Positions 1 to 9,262 of a stretch of 64,000 nt of DNA are shown piece after piece (the first letter of the stretch is position 1; each line of letters begins with the position of its first letter). This DNA comes from Eubacteriales bacterium. GTDB lineage: Bacteria; Bacillota; Clostridia; Oscillospirales; CAG-382. The DNA is taken from positions 6,009 through 70,008 of the forward strand of contig JAZOBE010000048.1 of the NCBI GenBank assembly GCA_045595785.1, read 5' to 3'. The translations under genes and the position numbers were made by a program. The notes below the pieces were generated by a model. That model ran no database searches, was not told where the DNA came from, and saw only the letters and a program-made list of their open reading frames with translations.

Positions 1-1
1 C

Positions 2-124
2 TTTATTAAAGGCGACGTTATTACGGTCTACGGCGAGGTTGACGGTCAGACAGAAGTGTATACTGTCGATTACAGCAATTTCTCCGGTCCCTGCATAAAT
101 ACAGCATACGCAAAAACAAAATAA
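2..124 (+). CDS. 3' end of an upstream hypothetical CDS (last 40 codons)
   Basis: Open frame from the window edge to TAA at 122-124, followed by a strong terminator. Confidence 0.5.
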   Translation, partial: FIKGDVITVYGEVDGQTEVYTVDYSNFSGPCINTAYAKTK

Positions 125-127
125 ACC

Positions 128-163
128 GATCCGCGTGAAAAACGCGGATCTTTTTCTTTTTTT
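128..163 (+). terminator. Rho-independent terminator
   Basis: GATCCGCG-loop-CGCGGATC hairpin followed by TTTTTCTTTTTTT. Confidence 0.8.
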
Positions 164-249
164 AATAAAACTCAAACATTTCTTAAAAATATTAAAAACA
201 ACCCCCGGGTATAATGAAGGCACAAAATCGAGAAGAGGAGATTACAAAA

Positions 250-468
250 ATGTCTAAGTTCGCAGAAGCAAACGAAAAGATAGCCGAGGGCGTGGTTAAA
301 GGTTATAAGAAGATCGAAAACGGCGTTGTAGAGGGCTACAAAAAGATAGAAACCGGTGCCGTTGAGGGCTTTAACAAGGTAAACGACAAGATAATTGAAA
401 AAGTATTTTCCAAGAACGGCGAAACCGTAGAGGAAACCAAAAACAGACTTTCCGCAAAGAAATCTTAA
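250..468 (+). CDS. Small hypothetical protein with internal G(V/A)VEG(Y/F)KKIE repeats
   Basis: ORF 214..468. ATG at 250 is preceded by GAGGAG, whereas ATG at 214 lacks an RBS. Confidence 0.5.
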   Translation: MSKFAEANEKIAEGVVKGYKKIENGVVEGYKKIETGAVEGFNKVNDKIIEKVFSKNGETVEETKNRLSAKKS

Positions 469-489
469 ACAAAGAAAGAGGTAATTAAT

Positions 490-855
490 ATGAACAAAAA
501 CGATCAGGAATTTCTCGTACAGAAGATCCGCACACAGTATACCGAAAAGGAACATACCGGTCTTGATGAGCTTAAGGCGTTGGATACAAAGGTTAAGCGT
601 CCTGCCAACCTGTTTGCATATATCTTTGGAAGCGTTTCCGCAATTATTATGGGTAGCGGTATGAGCCTTGTTATGACCGATATCGGTGCGACGATAGGTA
701 TTGCCGACCCTATGGTTCCCGGAATTGTTATCGGTATTGCGGGTATGCTTATGGCAATTGTCAATTATCCTATATACAAGGGAATTCTGGGCTCACGCCG
801 CAAAAAGTATGCCGATAAGATCATCGCTCTAAGCAATAAAATCATAAAAGGCTAA
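490..855 (+). CDS. Small 2-TM membrane protein, paralog of 3619..4020
   Basis: Good RBS. Shares the G-x-GMSL-x-MTDIG motif and architecture with the 133-aa ORF at 3619. Confidence 0.65.
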   Translation: MNKNDQEFLVQKIRTQYTEKEHTGLDELKALDTKVKRPANLFAYIFGSVSAIIMGSGMSLVMTDIGATIGIADPMVPGIVIGIAGMLMAIVNYPIYKGILGSRRKKYADKIIALSNKIIKG

Positions 856-873
856 ACACCACTGCAAAAGTTA

Positions 874-906
874 AGGCAACGCCGTTTTGACGTTGCCTCA
901 TTTTTC
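874..906 (+). terminator. Rho-independent terminator
   Basis: GGCAACG-loop-CGTTGCC hairpin plus a T-run. Confidence 0.7.
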
Positions 907-992
907 TGAAAAACCCTTGAAACGCAAACAAAACTTTAACATTTGTGTGTTATACTGTATAATAGTTTATAGTAATCTGCGGAGGTAACGCC

Positions 993-1664
993 ATGTTTAA
1001 GATATTGATCGTTGAGGACGATAAGGAGCTGAACAAAACCGTCTGTTCGTTTTTGAATCACAGCGGATACGAGGCAACGGGATGTCTGAACGCAACAACG
1101 GCATACGACGCGCTTTATGAGAATATGTTTGACCTTATAGTTTCCGATATTATGATGCCGGGTGTTGACGGATTTGAGTTTGCTCGAAACGTCCGTGAGC
1201 TTAATGAGGATATCCCCATTCTGTTTATGACCGCCCGTGATGATATTGCATCAAAGCAACGCGGCTTCCGTATCGGCGTGGACGATTATATGGTAAAGCC
1301 CATTGACCTTGACGAGCTGTTTTTGCGTATCGGCGCGCTTCTCCGCCGTGCCAAGATCGCATCCAGCCGCAAGCTTGAGATCGGTTCTTTCCAAATGGAT
1401 GCTGACGAGCATACGGCTTATCTCGGCGACGAAGAGATATCTCTCACCAACCGTGAGTTCAGTATTCTGTATAAGCTTCTGAGTTACCCCAAAAAGACCT
1501 TTACGAGAACGCAGCTTATGGACGAATTCTGGGATGCGGACACCGAAACCGCGCCCCGTGCCGTTGACGTATATATGACAAAGCTTCGCCAGAAGCTGTC
1601 TGACTGTGAGGATTTTGAAATCAAGACCGTTCACGGACTTGGCTACAAGGCGGTGATCAAGTGA
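993..1664 (+). CDS. OmpR-family response regulator
   Basis: Receiver domain (DLIVSDIMMPGVDG, K in MVKP) plus a winged-helix C-terminus (VDVYMTKLRQKL, GLGYK). Confidence 0.9.
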   Translation: MFKILIVEDDKELNKTVCSFLNHSGYEATGCLNATTAYDALYENMFDLIVSDIMMPGVDGFEFARNVRELNEDIPILFMTARDDIASKQRGFRIGVDDYMVKPIDLDELFLRIGALLRRAKIASSRKLEIGSFQMDADEHTAYLGDEEISLTNREFSILYKLLSYPKKTFTRTQLMDEFWDADTETAPRAVDVYMTKLRQKLSDCEDFEIKTVHGLGYKAVIK

Positions 1665-2752
1665 AAAAGCCGACTATAAAAGGCGTGTTGGGATCGGTAA
1701 GCAGCTTTTTGCTGTTTTTCTTAACGGTTGGATTTATCGTATCCTGCTGTATGATGCTGTTTGTAAGCATATTGGCGGAGACTATGGAGCTTACACTCAC
1801 TGCAGATAACATTGCCGCCGCAGCAAAGGTAACCTTCTGGAACGTAATTCTGATAACATTTCTTTTCAAATTTGCAGATTATATCCGCCGTAAAATAATG
1901 GTGGAGCGCCCTACCAAAATTATTACTGAAGCAACCGAAAAGATAATGTCGGGTGATTTTTCCGTTCGTATTCCTCCTATGCAAAGCTCCGGTGTTGAGG
2001 GCTTTAACAGTATCGCTATGGCAATTAACAAAATGGCAGAGGAATTGGGCGGCGTAGAAACCCTGCGTACGGATTTTATTGCCAACGTATCCCACGAAAT
2101 GAAAACTCCCCTTGCAGTAATGCAAAACTACGGCACACTTTTGCAGGCGCCCGAATTAAGTGAGGAAAAGCGTATTGAGTATGCAAAAGGTGTAACCGAC
2201 GGCTCCCGACGAATGGCGGATATGATGACGAATATCTTAAAGCTAAATCGTTTGGAGAACCAGCAGATTTATCCGCAGGCTACGGAATTCGATTTGGGAG
2301 AACAGCTTTGCGAGTGCCTTTTGCAATATGAAAACGCGTGGGAAAAAGCAAACATTGAAATTGAGACTGATATTGCCGAGGATATAAAAGTAAAAGCAGA
2401 CGCAGAATTGCTCAGCCACGTTTGGAATAACCTGTTCTCCAACGCATTTAAGTTTACGCCGTCGGGGGGAAAGGTAACGGTATCGCTTACCGCAACCAAT
2501 CATCACGCCGTTGTAAAAGTAACCGATACGGGCTGCGGTATGACCGCCGAAGTAGGCGCGCACATATTTGAAAAGTTTTATCAGGGCGATACCTCTCATT
2601 CCGTTCAGGGAAACGGCTTGGGACTTGCCCTTGTTAAAAGGGTTATTGATATTATGCAAGGCGAGATATCCGTGGAAAGCGCCGTGGGAAAAGGCTCTGC
2701 CTTTACCGTAAAAATACGGAGGGTCTGCGATGGACTGGAAAAGAATCGGTAA
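1661..2752 (+). CDS. Sensor histidine kinase (HAMP + HisKA + HATPase_c)
   Basis: H-box SHEMKTPL, N box and G boxes (DTGCGM, GNGLGLAL). GTGA overlap with the regulator stop. Confidence 0.9.
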   Translation: MKKPTIKGVLGSVSSFLLFFLTVGFIVSCCMMLFVSILAETMELTLTADNIAAAAKVTFWNVILITFLFKFADYIRRKIMVERPTKIITEATEKIMSGDFSVRIPPMQSSGVEGFNSIAMAINKMAEELGGVETLRTDFIANVSHEMKTPLAVMQNYGTLLQAPELSEEKRIEYAKGVTDGSRRMADMMTNILKLNRLENQQIYPQATEFDLGEQLCECLLQYENAWEKANIEIETDIAEDIKVKADAELLSHVWNNLFSNAFKFTPSGGKVTVSLTATNHHAVVKVTDTGCGMTAEVGAHIFEKFYQGDTSHSVQGNGLGLALVKRVIDIMQGEISVESAVGKGSAFTVKIRRVCDGLEKNR

Positions 2753-3641
2753 AGCCCTACTGTTTCCCCACTTCGCCATTATGATAATCCTCGTTCCCAT
2801 CGCAACAGTATTTCTTGTGTATTCGATGGTGTTTTTGGGGTCGGAATCGGTTCCCGCCATTATTTCGTACGCTTTAGCCGCCTATACGCTGACGGTATGG
2901 TGCGCAAGGATCCCGTATCTGATAAAGTATTTTAAGGTATTCAAGAACAAAAACAGGTACGCAAGACGTTGGCAGGACGACACGCGGCTGAGAGTAAACG
3001 TATCTCTTTACGGAACGCTTATATATAACACCGCGTACGCATTATTGCAGCTGGGCATGGGTTTTTGGCATCATACCTTTTGGTTTTATTCACTGGCAGG
3101 GTATTATATTTCCCTTGCTGTAATGCGGTTCTTTTTATTGAGGCACACCAGCAGGCATAAGCCGGGTGAAAAGATAATGGAAGAACTAAAAAAATACCGC
3201 GCCTGCGGTATTGTATTTCTCGTTATGAATCTGGCGCTTGCGCTGATTATTTTCTTTATGGTGTATTGGAACAGAACCTTTAACCATCACGAAATTACGA
3301 CCATTGCATTGGCGGCATATACGTTCACATCGCTGACACGTGCCATTATCAATACGGTGAAGTACCGCAAACATAACAGCCCCGTATATTCTGCAGCCAA
3401 AGCAATAAGCCTTGCGGCTGCATGTGTGTCTATGCTTACTCTGGAATCCACTATGCTTACCACCTTCGGTGACGGAACCATGAGCCTGGCGGAACGGCGG
3501 ATACTGCTGGGCGCTTCGGGCGGTGTGATATCCGCATTTATAATTACAATGGCAGTATATATGATAATACAGGCAAACAAAAGAATAAAGCTACTCAAAG
3601 CAGAGGAAGAACAACGGAATGGAAAACAACGAAACCTTTAA
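2730..3641 (+). CDS. Multi-pass membrane protein, function unknown
   Basis: 303-aa hydrophobic ORF with RBS GGAGGG. Overlaps the ends of both neighbours, consistent with one operon. Confidence 0.6.
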   Translation: MDWKRIGKALLFPHFAIMIILVPIATVFLVYSMVFLGSESVPAIISYALAAYTLTVWCARIPYLIKYFKVFKNKNRYARRWQDDTRLRVNVSLYGTLIYNTAYALLQLGMGFWHHTFWFYSLAGYYISLAVMRFFLLRHTSRHKPGEKIMEELKKYRACGIVFLVMNLALALIIFFMVYWNRTFNHHEITTIALAAYTFTSLTRAIINTVKYRKHNSPVYSAAKAISLAAACVSMLTLESTMLTTFGDGTMSLAERRILLGASGGVISAFIITMAVYMIIQANKRIKLLKAEEEQRNGKQRNL

Positions 3642-4020
3642 TTATACGTACTCCGCAAAGGAGCAGGAAGAGATCAAGGCTATACGCAAAAAGTATGCAG
3701 CGCCCGAACAAACGGAGGATAAGATGACTTATCTCCGCCGTCTTGACGGGTCTGTGACCAAAAAAGCGTCTTCCGTATCCCTCGCCCTTGGTGTGATCGG
3801 TACGCTTATACTGGGAACGGGCATGAGCCTTGCAATGACAGATATCGGAAAGAGTATAAATCTTACAGACGGAACGGCTATGCTCGCCGGAATCCTTATC
3901 GGACTTGTCGGTATGGCACTTGTTGGCGCGGCTTACCCTATCTACAACCGTATCGTAAAGAATGAACGGGAAAAGATCGCTCCCGAAATTATCAGACTCA
4001 CCGACGAATTGATGAAGTGA
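3619..4020 (+). CDS. Small 2-TM membrane protein, paralog of 490..855
   Basis: Same architecture and GMSLAMTDIG motif as the ORF at 490. Confidence 0.65.
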   Translation: MENNETFNYTYSAKEQEEIKAIRKKYAAPEQTEDKMTYLRRLDGSVTKKASSVSLALGVIGTLILGTGMSLAMTDIGKSINLTDGTAMLAGILIGLVGMALVGAAYPIYNRIVKNEREKIAPEIIRLTDELMK

Positions 4021-4037
4021 GAATAAACCTATTTTTC

Positions 4038-4081
4038 ACAGTTAACAGTTAACGACAGAAGTTAACTGTTAACTGTTTTTT
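4038..4081 (+). terminator. Rho-independent terminator
   Basis: Perfect 16-bp stem ACAGTTAACAGTTAAC / GTTAACTGTTAACTGT plus TTTTT. Confidence 0.85.
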
Positions 4082-4143
4082 GTGGGGTGTCTTTTTTCGG
4101 GGTCCCCGCAAATGCCACCGGCATTTGTGGGGTGTCTTTTTTT
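4081..4143 (+). repeat. Family-A palindromic unit (1.5 copies)
   Basis: tgtggggtgtctttttt + cggggtccccgcaaatgccaccggcatttgtggggtgtcttttttt. Confidence 0.85.
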
Positions 4144-4609
4144 AATTTAGCATGGCTACACCGTAATTCAAGTATGCCGCGAAGGTTATCCACACCATAT
4201 ACGGCAAAAACAGTATTCCTGCCCACTTGCTTCTTACGAAAAATTCCCGTGTGAGCACAAAGCCTACCGCCCACATTGCAAGTATCCACAGGAAGGAAAA
4301 CAAAAAAGCGCGGAAGGTGAAAAACAAAAAGGGCCACACAAAGTTAAGCGCCAGCGTTGCGATATACAGCCCCTTCCACAGCTTTCCTTTGGGGCTTGGC
4401 GACATAAGCGTGAGATAGCAGGAAAAGCCCATAAGCGCATAAATGACAGTCCACACCAAGGGGAATATCCAACCGGGAGGGGACAGCGCCGGTTTTTCCA
4501 GTCCCTCGTACATACCGCCTCCTGCGGTAAGTATACCTGCAAGACCGCCGACGAACAAGGGAACAAACAGACAAAGCAACAAAATACCCAGTTTTTTCAA
4601 AACAAACAC
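4142..4609 (-). CDS. tspO: TspO/MBR family tryptophan-rich sensory protein
   Basis: 155 aa, 5 TM, W-rich motifs (PPGWIFPLVWTVIY, FVWPFLFF). Confidence 0.85.
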   Translation of the reverse strand: MFVLKKLGILLLCLFVPLFVGGLAGILTAGGGMYEGLEKPALSPPGWIFPLVWTVIYALMGFSCYLTLMSPSPKGKLWKGLYIATLALNFVWPFLFFTFRAFLFSFLWILAMWAVGFVLTREFFVRSKWAGILFLPYMVWITFAAYLNYGVAMLN

Positions 4610-4744
4610 CTCTTTTTGGTATTATACGCCTTTTCATAAAGAAATATTCCTAAATCGTAACGGCAGTATTGATTTTTACAGGATTTTGCTGTATAATTAT
4701 TCAAGACCGAGTATGGAATATATTACCGAAAGGAACGACATTTT

Positions 4745-5815
4745 ATGGAACAGAAAAAACTTAAAGTTGCGGTAGTCGGTGTGGGCGGTATATCCGAAGT
4801 ACATATTAACGGCTACAAGCGTTGCCCCAACGTAGAGCTTTATGCGTTCTGCGATATTAACGAAAATACTCTTAAATACAAGGGCGAGCGTCACGGCGTT
4901 ACCCGTCTTTATACTGACGAGGCTACCATGCTTAAGGAGCTTCCCGAAATAGACGCAGTCTCTGTTTGCACCTGGAACTCCGCACACGCACCCTGCACCA
5001 TTATGGCGCTTAACGCAGGCAAGCACGTTCTTTGCGAAAAGCCTATGGCGATGAACACCGGGGAAGCCACCGAGATGATGGAAGCCGCAAAGCGCAACAA
5101 CAAGCTGCTTATGATCGGATTCGTTCGCCGCTTCGGTAATGACGCGGCTGTGCTTAAGGATTTTATTGACGCAGGCGATTTCGGCGAAATTTACTATGCA
5201 AAGGCAAATTATACCCGTCGTAACGGTTGTCCCGGCGGTTGGTTTGGTGATAAGTCCCGTTCCGGCGGCGGTCCTCTTATTGACCTTGGCGTTCACGTTA
5301 TTGACCTTGTCAGATATCTGCTGGGCAACCCTCAGCCCGTTTCCGTATACGGCGTTACCTATGATAAGCTGAAGAACCGTCCCGGTATCAAGGGAAGAGT
5401 TGACTATAAGTCGGAAACAGATGCCGCCGAGCCTATTTTTGACGTTGAGGATATGGCAAGCGCACTTATTCGCTTTGACAACGGCACAACTCTGGCGGTT
5501 GAGGCGTCCTTCAGCCTTAACATCCCCCACGACGTAGGCAAGATCGAGCTGTTCGGCAGCAAAGCAGGTGCGGTTATCGACCCTGAGTTAAAGATATACA
5601 CCCAGCAGAACGGTTATCTCACCAACGTTACCATGCATCAGTCCACCGCACTCAGCTTTGACGGTCTGTTTGAAAACGAGATCGGACATTTCGTGCAGTG
5701 CATTACCGAGGGTATTCCCTGCCGTAACCCTGCAGAGGACGGCGTTGCGCTGATGAAGATTCTGGATGCGGTTTATGAATCTGCCGCAACCGGCCACGAA
5801 GTAGTTATTAAGTAA
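4745..5815 (+). CDS. Gfo/Idh/MocA family oxidoreductase
   Basis: N-terminal Rossmann motif VAVVGVGGIS and EKP motif (LCEKPMA). Confidence 0.85.
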   Translation: MEQKKLKVAVVGVGGISEVHINGYKRCPNVELYAFCDINENTLKYKGERHGVTRLYTDEATMLKELPEIDAVSVCTWNSAHAPCTIMALNAGKHVLCEKPMAMNTGEATEMMEAAKRNNKLLMIGFVRRFGNDAAVLKDFIDAGDFGEIYYAKANYTRRNGCPGGWFGDKSRSGGGPLIDLGVHVIDLVRYLLGNPQPVSVYGVTYDKLKNRPGIKGRVDYKSETDAAEPIFDVEDMASALIRFDNGTTLAVEASFSLNIPHDVGKIELFGSKAGAVIDPELKIYTQQNGYLTNVTMHQSTALSFDGLFENEIGHFVQCITEGIPCRNPAEDGVALMKILDAVYESAATGHEVVIK

Positions 5816-5824
5816 TAAAAATAC

Positions 5825-6163
5825 CACAAAGCCACCGGAGCGAAAGTAACGTCCCCAAAGTGAGCGATGGTAAAACAAAGCAGAAGGCGGAAATTTCGAG
5901 CGTGATGTCCGCCCCAAAAACGCATAGCGTTTCTGGGGGACCCCGAGTAGTAATCTACGGCCAGCGAAGTAAAAACGCAAAAATAAAAGAAATCTGTTTA
6001 CAGATTTCTTCCTAAAAACACAAAACAAAAAAGCGAGAGATAAGCTTTGGTCTCTCGCTTTTCTTATTACGTTATTAAAACACTTTGCGTTTTTGTTCTG
6101 ATTTTTATCGGGGTCCCCGCAAATGCGACCAGCATTTGTGGGGTGATTTTTTTACCGAGCGAA
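5825..6163 (+). repeat. Composite intergenic element, copy 1
   Basis: Aligns along most of its length with 42256..42600. Order: ~130-nt module with a reversed family-A unit, hairpin GCGAGAGA..TCTCTCGC, atttcttattacgttat, aaacactttgcgt, a forward A unit, then ttttaccgagcg. Confidence 0.7.
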
Positions 6164-6502
6164 GATGTTACGGGTGGCGATTATATTCACACCGGTACCA
6201 CACACGTTCTCCACCACAACGTCGCCTATCTTTACGGGAGCAGTGAGTGTTACCTTGCGGAGCTGACGCATCGCATCGAATATTTTTTCCTTGGGGAGGG
6301 GGTTCTGGGAGCGAACGGGGCAACGGCATATCTCGCCGCCCTCAACACTAACGGTGGAGGTAAGCACTCTTACGGGTGCGGTAAGCTCGTTTTTGCCGTA
6401 AACTATGCCTCTGGGACAGTTGTTGCCCGTAACCTCAAAGGTTACCTCGTCTACGGTGAGGTGACAGCCCTTGGGGCAGGTTATACAGATTATCTTTGCC
6501 AT
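6152..6502 (-). CDS. DUF1667 domain protein
   Basis: MAKIICITCPKGCHL.. N-terminus typical of DUF1667. ATGA-type coupling to the upstream flavoprotein gene. Confidence 0.8.
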   Translation of the reverse strand: MAKIICITCPKGCHLTVDEVTFEVTGNNCPRGIVYGKNELTAPVRVLTSTVSVEGGEICRCPVRSQNPLPKEKIFDAMRQLRKVTLTAPVKIGDVVVENVCGTGVNIIATRNIFAR

Positions 6503-7746
6503 TACTGCTTATCCTCCTCTACCGAAACGGTAATTTTTTCTGCGTTACCCAAAAGCGCAACGGGCACCACTATATGCTCCATTTCGCCGGGAGCGCAATG
6601 CTCGCGCTTGAAGGATGCCACTACACGGTCTCCGTCACGGACGGTGAGACGCACATTCTTGTACACGTTTCTTACACGGAAGAACATATCCACAGACTTG
6701 CCTGCGTTTTCGGGGCGGATATACTGAGGCACGGTATAAGAAACACCGTCACCGTTGGTAACCTCTATAATCCTGCCGCTTCCCTTGTTGCCGAGAGCAT
6801 AAAGCGCGGCGGCTTTGCCTGCACGCTCGCTCTCTGCAGAAACGTAATCCACCAGGTCGTGTACGTGAACAACGTTGCCGCAGGCGAAGATACCTTCTGC
6901 CAGCGTTTCCATATTCTCATATACGAAAGCACCGTTTGTACGGCGGTCAATGGGAATACCCGCGCCGCGGGTAAGCTCGTTTTCGGGGATAAGTCCCACG
7001 GAAAGAAGCACGGTATCGCACTCAATATCAAACTCGGTACCGGGAATGGGCTTACGGTCAGGCCCCACCTTGGCGATGGTAACACCCTCTACCCTATTCT
7101 TACCGCGGATATCCGTAATGGTGTGGGAAAGATAAAGAGGGATATCAAAATCGTTAAGACACTGAACGATGTTTCTGGTAAGTCCGCCCGAGTAAGGCAT
7201 AAGCTCAACGCAGGCGTGTACCTTTGCGCCCTCAAGAGTCATACGGCGCGCCATAATAAGACCGATATCGCCGGAGCCCAGAATTACCGCATTTTTACCT
7301 ACCATATATCCTTCGATATTAAGGTATCTCTGTGCCGCGCCTGCGGTGTAAACACCTGCAGGTCTGTCACCGGGAATGGAGATGGCGCCTCTGGTACGCT
7401 CTCTGCATCCCATGGCAAGGACAATGGCGCCGCCGCTTATTTCAAGATAACCCTGCTCGCGGCTAACAGCGCGTACCACACGGTCTGTGGTGACCTCAAG
7501 AACCATAGTATCTGTCAAAACCTCAATACCATCAAGATTTTCTATAAATCTGGAAGCGTATTCGGGGCCTGCCAGCTCCTCCTTGAAGCGGTGGAGACCG
7601 AAGCCGTTGTGAATGCACTGGTTAAGGATACCGCCCAGGCAGGTATCGCGCTCGATAATAAGAATATCCTTTGCGCCGTTTTCACGGGCGCTGATTGCCG
7701 CGGCAAGACCTGCGGGGCCGCCGCCGATGACAATTACTTCTCTCAT
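6502..7746 (-). CDS. NAD(P)/FAD-dependent oxidoreductase (pyridine nucleotide-disulfide family)
   Basis: VIVIGGGPAGLAAA and a second GSGDIG dinucleotide motif. Start moved to the ATG at 7746, which forms an ATGA overlap with the upstream stop. Confidence 0.8.
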   Translation of the reverse strand: MREVIVIGGGPAGLAAAISARENGAKDILIIERDTCLGGILNQCIHNGFGLHRFKEELAGPEYASRFIENLDGIEVLTDTMVLEVTTDRVVRAVSREQGYLEISGGAIVLAMGCRERTRGAISIPGDRPAGVYTAGAAQRYLNIEGYMVGKNAVILGSGDIGLIMARRMTLEGAKVHACVELMPYSGGLTRNIVQCLNDFDIPLYLSHTITDIRGKNRVEGVTIAKVGPDRKPIPGTEFDIECDTVLLSVGLIPENELTRGAGIPIDRRTNGAFVYENMETLAEGIFACGNVVHVHDLVDYVSAESERAGKAAALYALGNKGSGRIIEVTNGDGVSYTVPQYIRPENAGKSVDMFFRVRNVYKNVRLTVRDGDRVVASFKREHCAPGEMEHIVVPVALLGNAEKITVSVEEDKQ

Positions 7747-9155
7747 AACGCACCTCCCGAAAGAACGGTACTTCCCGATTTGTCTTTGCATATCTCCTCA
7801 CGGGGAATGCCGGTATATTTATGGATGAGCTCAAGCACTCTGGGAGCGCAGAATCCGCCCTGACATCTGCCCATACCTGCGCCGACACGGCGCTTGACAC
7901 CGTCAATGCTTACGGGAGGAATGGGGGTTTTGAAGGTAGCGGTTATCTCACCCTCGGTTATAGTTTCGCAACGGCAAACCACTCTGCCGTATGCGGGATC
8001 TTCTTTGATAACGGCGTTCTTTTCCTCGGGGGACAACTCCTTAAAGCGGATGACCTTGCGTGTATCCACCGCATTTTCCTTTTTGGTAAGAGTGAGTCCG
8101 TCCTTCTCAAGCAATTCGCAAACGTACTCGCCGATGGCAGGTGCGGATGCAAGACCGGGGGACTTTATGCCCGCCAGAGAAAGGAAGCCTTTTTTAACAA
8201 AACGAATGAGAAAATCTTCGTTATTGGTGTTTGCACGCATACCTGCGAAATTACGGATGTTTGCGGAAAGATTAAGCGCAGGCACGCTTTTTGCCGCAGC
8301 GGTACGCACGAATGCGAGTCCGTCAGCGGTGGTGGAAACGTCAGTCTTATCATCGCATCCCTCTGCGTTGGGTCCGACGATAATGTTTCCGTGAACGGTG
8401 GGAGAAACAAGCACGCCCTTACCGTCCTTATTGGGGCATTGGAACACGACTGTGTTTACTATGCCGAAAGCAGATTTGTCCAGCAGGTAATACTCACCCT
8501 TGGAGGGCTTGAGAATAAAATCCGGCTCAGCCACAAGAGCCTCAATATCGGTACAGTTGACGCCTGCGGCGGCAACGATATACTTTGCTTTGTATTCACC
8601 CTTTTGGGTAACTACGGTGTTCTCGTCCTTAATATCGGTAACACCCTCGGAAAGATGCAATTCCAATCCGTTTTCCACCGCCACGGTGGCAAAAGCGAGG
8701 GCGTATTCCCAAGGAGAGATAACCCCTGCGGTGGGTGCGTAAAGTGCGGTGGTAACGGTATCTGCAAGGTTAGGCTCAATAGCCTTTATCTCCTCCTTGC
8801 CAAGAATCTTAAGACCGGGTACTCCGTTTTGGATACCGCGCTCATACAGCTTCTTTACGGTTTCGTCATCCTCCTCGCCAAAGGCACATACCAAAGAGCC
8901 GGTCTCCTTATAAGGCACGTCCAGCTTTTTGCATATCTCCTTTGCCAGCGCATTGCCGCGCACGTTGAGACGGGCGGTAAGTGAGCCGGGGACCGGGTCA
9001 TACCCTGCGTGGATGATGGCAGAGTTTGCTTTGGTTGTACCGGTGGCAATATCGTTTTCCTTTTCGAAAAGCGCCACCTTAAGGTCATATTTTGTGAGAT
9101 AGTATGCGGCGGCACAGCCGATAACGCCGCCTCCGATAATTATAACGTCATACAT
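7743..9155 (-). CDS. FAD-dependent oxidoreductase, GlpA/glycerol-3-phosphate dehydrogenase-like with a BFD-like [2Fe-2S] C-terminus
   Basis: DVIIIGGGVIGCAAA. C-terminal Cys pattern C-R-C-E..CQGGFC. ATG at 9155 is preceded by AGGTGA. Confidence 0.8.
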   Translation of the reverse strand: MYDVIIIGGGVIGCAAAYYLTKYDLKVALFEKENDIATGTTKANSAIIHAGYDPVPGSLTARLNVRGNALAKEICKKLDVPYKETGSLVCAFGEEDDETVKKLYERGIQNGVPGLKILGKEEIKAIEPNLADTVTTALYAPTAGVISPWEYALAFATVAVENGLELHLSEGVTDIKDENTVVTQKGEYKAKYIVAAAGVNCTDIEALVAEPDFILKPSKGEYYLLDKSAFGIVNTVVFQCPNKDGKGVLVSPTVHGNIIVGPNAEGCDDKTDVSTTADGLAFVRTAAAKSVPALNLSANIRNFAGMRANTNNEDFLIRFVKKGFLSLAGIKSPGLASAPAIGEYVCELLEKDGLTLTKKENAVDTRKVIRFKELSPEEKNAVIKEDPAYGRVVCRCETITEGEITATFKTPIPPVSIDGVKRRVGAGMGRCQGGFCAPRVLELIHKYTGIPREEICKDKSGSTVLSGGAL

Positions 9156-9262
9156 ATTTTTCACCTGCAAGGAAAAGTTTTTTAAGCAAATGATATTGGT
9201 GGCGCCGACCCCGATGAACGGAGCCGACGCCTAAAAAACTTAAATATTAGTTATGCTTTTGT

